A stretch of DNA of 63,872 bases, counting the filler, from Aduncisulcus paluster (lineage: Eukaryota): NCBI GenBank assembly GCA_024181965.1. It is 9 parts of 9 records of this genome, joined end to end, with 100 filler letters (N's around TTAATTAATTAA, not from the genome) between each part and the next. Parts side by side here need not be neighbours in the genome. Positions count along the whole stretch, not along the records: positions 55,296 to 61,281 come from BQXS01011266.1; positions 61,382 to 63,872 come from BQXS01011419.1; 7 more parts are not named here. One strand, given 5' to 3'. The translations under genes and the position numbers were made by a program. The notes beneath the pieces are model-generated. The model did no database searches, was not told the origin of the DNA, and saw nothing but the letters and a program-made list of their open reading frames with translations. Positions within the stretch are counted from its first letter, which is position 1. Every line of letters begins with the position of its first letter. Positions 59,207-63,872 of this stretch are shown here, piece after piece.

Positions 59207-61281
59207 AAAAAACAAAAAATTTCTCATCTTGGCGAATGTTTACAACAGGGGCAAAACTTAACCCTGCAAAAGGGGTAGTAGAAAGGCAAAGAAGACTTTT
59301 TCAAACGCAATATTCACAGCCTTCACAGCTCTCAATAGATTATAGATTCGATGAATTGTGGGGAGGTCTTGAGTTGTTATATGAACAAATTCAGTATTTT
59401 TCATCGCAAATTCAGATGAGTAAGACCAAAAAAGACAAAAAGAAATCGAAAAAGATGTATTCTAAGCACCATGTCAAGACGGAATCTGGTTTTAGAGAAT
59501 CAGCGATTGATCATTTTGGTTCTCCTACTCTCACAAAACACGATTTTGATTCAGTCCGTTCAAAATTGAAGACTGAAGTTTTTACTGAACTCAAACAATT
59601 TCTGATGGATTCTGGTCTCGGAAAATCTGACATGGAGAGATTTGAAGGTCGGAAGGAACTTGAATCCTCCCTAAAGCAAGAAATCCATAAAGATTTTAGT
59701 ATTCTTGAAGCCCAACATAATGATTACCTCCAACAACTTGATAAAAGAATGAAACTTATGGAAGCCCAATCAAAGCAAGAATTAGATTCCCAAAAATCCC
59801 ATGAAGAAAGAAAATATGAGCATGAACAGATTCAAAAAGATTTCGAAATTTCCAAGCAACGCCAACTTTCTAATTCTCATGATATTGAGAACGTGAAGAG
59901 GTTGTTATCAAATCTCCAGGAAAAATATGATAAACTTAATTCAAATTTTATCGCAAAAAGCGAAATTAAAGAACATGATCTTGAAGAATCTCGTTATTTG
60001 AGCCTTCTCGATAAATTTAAGGAAGATATTCAACATCAACTTGTTTCGGAACAAAAAGAGCGCATATCTTCCATATCAACAATTCAAAGAGATTGTGCTC
60101 GGGATCATAGTGATTGGCAAAAAGGAATTGCACAATGCAAACTTGAATTTGACACAAAACTTCGTGAAAATATATCAGAAATTTCACAAGAACGAGTTCT
60201 TTCGACTGAGTATGACGATAAACTTCAAACATTGGAACGCAGGATCAAAACTCTCGCAGAAGGCCAAGAATTACTGGTCTCCGATTTTACTCAACAATTA
60301 AAGGATCTCCGAGCAGAAAATGAACTTCACCTGGAAAAATCTGAACGAGAGAAAGTAGAATACCTTGCGGAGATCAAAGAATGCCGGAAACTGATTGAGC
60401 AATATCATGAAGAAAATTTAGTTCTTATTCAAGAGAAAGAAGCGTGGAAAAAGGAAATAGAGGTGTTGAAACTACAATTAGTTCTTCTTTCTTCTCAGAA
60501 AGCACGACAATCCCCCCCACTTCCATCTGTGGAAACCATTACTGAATATTCAAGAGATGTGTCGGCTATCTTGGTCGAACCGCCACCTAAAGAGGAATTA
60601 GAAACACAACAAAGGATTTCTGAAAAAGAAAAAGAAGAAAAATTAAAGAAAGAACAAGAAGAAAGAGAAAAACAAAAGAGAAGAGAAGAAGAAGCAGAAA
60701 AAGAAAGGTTGAAGAAGGAAGAAGAAGAAGAAGAAAGGTTGAAGAAAGAAGAAGAAGAAAGGTTGAAGAAAGAAGAAGAAAAAGAAAGGTTGAAGAAAGA
60801 AGAAGAAGAAAAAGAAAGATTAAAGAAGGAAGAAGAAGAAGAAAGGTTGAAGAAAGAAGAAGAAGAAAAAGAAAGATTAAGAGCAGAAACCCAGGCCAAG
60901 GAAGAACAAACAAAGTTACAAGAAGCAGAAGAAATTAAGAGAAAACAGCGCCTTGACAAAGATATTGAAAGCTCGAGGTCTCTCTCTGTCTCTAAACTCA
61001 AGCGTTTTGCCAGAGATTCTGCCATCGATGATCTCTTCCCAAGTTCCCCAATCCATATCTTGCACATCACCCCCTTGTATGATCTGTACACGACTGTCAA
61101 TACCAAGGTTGAAGAATATGTGCGTGGTTTGGGCCTATCTGTCATGGAATGGTCGAGGAAATCTAAGGAAGAAACAGTGAAAAAATGTGAGGCTTTTGCT
61201 AAGAGGGAAGCCAAGGCTTTCCTCGATTCAAAGGTAAGGGATCTCGATGCTTTCTTCACGGACATGTCAACAAAATCGGAC
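59197..61281 (+). CDS. 3'-partial coiled-coil protein with EEE(K)ERLKK tandem repeats
   Basis: Long Glu/Lys/Gln-rich ORF open to the contig end. Confidence 0.75.
60700..60882 (+). repeat. Coding minisatellite (about 27-33 bp units, GAAAGGTTGAAGAAAGAAGAAGAA...), probably a single alpha-helix
   Basis: About six variable ERLKKEEEE(K) units. Confidence 0.85.
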
Positions 61282-61383
61282 NNNNNNNNNNNNNNNNNNN
61301 NNNNNNNNNNNNNNNNNNNNNNNNNTTAATTAATTAANNNNNNNNNNNNNNNNNNNNNNNNNNNNNNNNNNNNNNNNNNNNCT

Positions 61384-62106
61384 TCCTCTTCTTCCTCCTC
61401 TTCTTCCTCCAAACGAAAAGTTCAGAAATCGATTGAATATTTCATTGATGACGATGCCCCCGATGACCATGCTTCCCCTCTTGGGCCTGGGACGGACAAT
61501 CCAAGGTGTTCAGTGTTGTTGCCCACCAAGAAGTCTTCAAAGGGCTGTATTGTGGCGACAGTTAAGTCTGGTTATATTGTTGGTGTGTCTGGGTGCAGCT
61601 TTGAGGTATATTTGGATGATCATGGAGAATCTGGATATGTTCCTCATACATGTGTTCTATTAATGGATACTGAGAAAGATACTGATGATTTTGGAATTGA
61701 TGACGATGATTTATCCGTTGAAATCGAACTTCCCAAGATCGGTCGAATTGAACCGGCCGCTTATCCTGACTTGCCTGGGCCCTTGATTGGCTCTGACCTT
61801 CCTATCACATCTCCCATGGCTCCTGACCTTGGCGATCTTCCTCCAATTATTCCTTCCCACGATGTCACTGGAGGTGGAGTAGGAGCTATTGTTAGTCCGA
61901 GTGCACCTGATTTCGCTGATATTCCTGCCATTGGTGATCCTTCTGGACTTGCCCCTTCTTCAGGTGCCTTTCCAATTGTTGATGGACCGACTTCAGGAGT
62001 ATTTGTGGTCGATGAAGGTGTTGACATGTCACTTTTCATGAGAAGTCGTGGATCTGCTGAAACTCCACTTGCTCCGACATTCGATGATCCAACGACTTCT
62101 GAATGA
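61384..62106 (+). CDS. 5'-partial protein with degenerate SH3-like domain and Pro/Asp-rich tail
   Basis: Frame is open from the contig start (poly-Ser). VATVKSGYIVGV...FEVYLDDHGESGYVPHTCV resembles the SH3 pattern L.FKKGDII.V...G..G.VP.NYV. Confidence 0.55.
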   Translation, partial: SSSSSSSSSKRKVQKSIEYFIDDDAPDDHASPLGPGTDNPRCSVLLPTKKSSKGCIVATVKSGYIVGVSGCSFEVYLDDHGESGYVPHTCVLLMDTEKDTDDFGIDDDDLSVEIELPKIGRIEPAAYPDLPGPLIGSDLPITSPMAPDLGDLPPIIPSHDVTGGGVGAIVSPSAPDFADIPAIGDPSGLAPSSGAFPIVDGPTSGVFVVDEGVDMSLFMRSRGSAETPLAPTFDDPTTSE

Positions 62107-62516
62107 TCTGTCTAGATGTACAACTTATCGTTCAGTGAATATATCTTCATATCTAATGGATATTATGGATCCACTTGATTTTTATTATATATAATTTATA
62201 TATATAATTTATATATTTGTTGTTTACTTTTAGTAAACTTTTTTTATTTTTAAGTGGCAACTGTCATCGTCAATCGGCTGAAATCAGCTGCTGAGGCCGC
62301 TGCGGCCTGGAAACAACGATGCGATGATCTTGCTTCCCATATTATCTCAGCCACTCAAAAACGCAGTGATAATACATGTTGCCTCACTTTAGCAACCAAT
62401 ATTTTGCAGGTTGTTGCACTCTTTGCAGACGAATAAGTTCAGTTGAAGGATTTATTGATTGTGACTCACAATTTGTCCAAAAACAGATGAAATAATATTA
62501 ATAATATTATAATAAA

Positions 62517-63710
62517 TTATGCTGACTCAGCAGAGAGCAGAGAGTCAATAATAAATTCATGAGAACCTTCTTTGAGAGTGACAACTAATTGGTTGTCGGC
62601 ATCTTTTGAAATAGAATCCTGGATCACAGTGTGTTTCAAGGAAATACCATGTCTGAATAAGTTCCTGGTCTCAGAAGAATCAATAGAATCACTGGAATCG
62701 AGTATTTGAATGAAAGTGGAATCATTAGAAAAGGACCAAGGGTCAAACCATTGTACCGAAGGGTTGTTAAAGAAATTCGATGAACAGAAATCGATGTTCT
62801 CTTCAGCAATTACAAAAGACGTATCTTCAGGGTAGATACTACCATCAGAAGAATACTTTGGAATACAATACAATGCAATCATATCTGCGGTCGAAAGACC
62901 AGCTTCATCTTCATCTGTCTCAGTAAGCTCAATATTGGGACCAAGAGCTAGAGATACCAACAGACGACTGTTATCACGGTCTGATATCGTCTCATCGGTT
63001 ACAGTCGTGGTACCTTCAACAAGCACAGGAACCCTTCTAAACACCATCAGCATCACTACTAGTGCAATAGTATTGGAGGAAGAAGTATTCAAACTAACCA
63101 AACCTTCGCTCGTGACAATCAGATTGTACATGGAACTGTTATCAGAGACAAGAGATGTGGGTTTAGTATGATAGAACAAATGAGAGTTCCGTTGAAGAGG
63201 TGAGAATGAGTGTATTCTAGTCATGTTCTGACCAGTAGAAAGTACGTTAAGAGTACTCGAGTTGATGTAATACTTCTGCACTTCATAGAACATATGAACA
63301 TACTGACTGCCATACTCATACAGCTCCACATCAGGTACAAAGCCAACCCAGTCGGACGAGGGACGATTGTGAGTGGTAAATGCATATGTACTCAGAGATC
63401 CATCTTCAGCTTCATTGAGGAAGTGAGTAGAGAAGGAATAATCGGTGACAACACCTTCAGAATCGGTTGTAGTGTTGATGTTGGATGATTTCCAGAGATA
63501 ATGCTGGGCATACATGGAACTTACGCATTTACAGCATTCATGGTTGGCACCATCTCCATCAGTACAATCGACAGATGAACATGATTCAGACAAATTGAGT
63601 TCTCTATCGCATGAAGTGTGGTATCCTTGCAGGTTCTCAGAGGATCTATTTATAGAACCGACTATGATGTGTTCGTTTATTAATAAATTGTACGTAAGCT
63701 TTATCGCATT
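62517..63710 (-). CDS. Hypothetical Ser/Thr-rich, probably secreted or surface protein; 5' end unresolved
   Basis: Frame extends upstream of the listed start to a TAG at 63713-63711 that may be a splice acceptor; Cys cluster and several NxS/T sites. Confidence 0.6.
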   Translation of the reverse strand, partial: NAIKLTYNLLINEHIIVGSINRSSENLQGYHTSCDRELNLSESCSSVDCTDGDGANHECCKCVSSMYAQHYLWKSSNINTTTDSEGVVTDYSFSTHFLNEAEDGSLSTYAFTTHNRPSSDWVGFVPDVELYEYGSQYVHMFYEVQKYYINSSTLNVLSTGQNMTRIHSFSPLQRNSHLFYHTKPTSLVSDNSSMYNLIVTSEGLVSLNTSSSNTIALVVMLMVFRRVPVLVEGTTTVTDETISDRDNSRLLVSLALGPNIELTETDEDEAGLSTADMIALYCIPKYSSDGSIYPEDTSFVIAEENIDFCSSNFFNNPSVQWFDPWSFSNDSTFIQILDSSDSIDSSETRNLFRHGISLKHTVIQDSISKDADNQLVVTLKEGSHEFIIDSLLSAESA

Positions 63711-63872
63711 CTACCATAAATTGATCAATTTTATAACGATTGACAGATATTGCTGAAAATTTTTTTATTAAACCCTGCTAGAAAACATGGCTCTGTGGTG
63801 ATGTTCTAATTTTTCTCAATCTTTGATATATTATTATTTATTTATTTGTTTTATAATTATATTTTATTTATT

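Noticed and set aside
60495-61265. Long antisense ORFs (also 39235-39906, 47032-47415, 21823-22329)
   Set aside because: Shadows of low-complexity sense-strand coding sequence.
3668-61381. Regularly recurring TTAATTAATTAA as a repeat array or CRISPR-like structure
   Set aside because: Always embedded in N runs of fixed 100-nt length: an artificial contig joiner. Gene neighbourhood across these points is meaningless.

Overview
Eukaryotic (protist) genomic DNA in the standard genetic code. It has AT-rich spacers, mostly intron-less genes and two clear GTATGT...YAG spliceosomal introns. The gene style suggests a free-living metamonad/fornicate (Aduncisulcus/Carpediemonas-like); this is inference only. 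The window is not one locus: eight artificial 100-nt linkers (N-TTAATTAATTAA-N) join nine unrelated contigs, and five 20-N gaps are flanked by duplicated overlaps that split genes. Recognisable genes: DNA polymerase alpha catalytic subunit (partial), a DPH2-like protein, a NIPA-type Mg2+ transporter, an ABCA transporter (partial), a MATE transporter, a calmodulin-like EF-hand protein, a SNF1/CIPK-like kinase (partial), an RRM protein, a Mei2-like RRM protein and an HhH (ERCC4-superfamily-like) protein. Transposon fragments (hAT, two Gag-like, possible MULE) sit at contig ends. The most interesting signals are: (i) a lineage-specific kinase family whose three members share a core but carry different membrane-anchor/sensor modules (a polytopic TM-repeat receptor-like kinase, a myristoylated kinase with tandem beta-rich domains, and a CaaX pseudokinase); (ii) a very large protein with a fragmented alpha-kinase-like domain; (iii) a tRNA-like gene with a hairpin-extended anticodon arm; (iv) five frameshifts in simple repeats, one seen in both in-frame and out-of-frame versions; (v) recurring 15-bp-spaced doublets of a MEF2-like CTAAAAATAG motif on different contigs.
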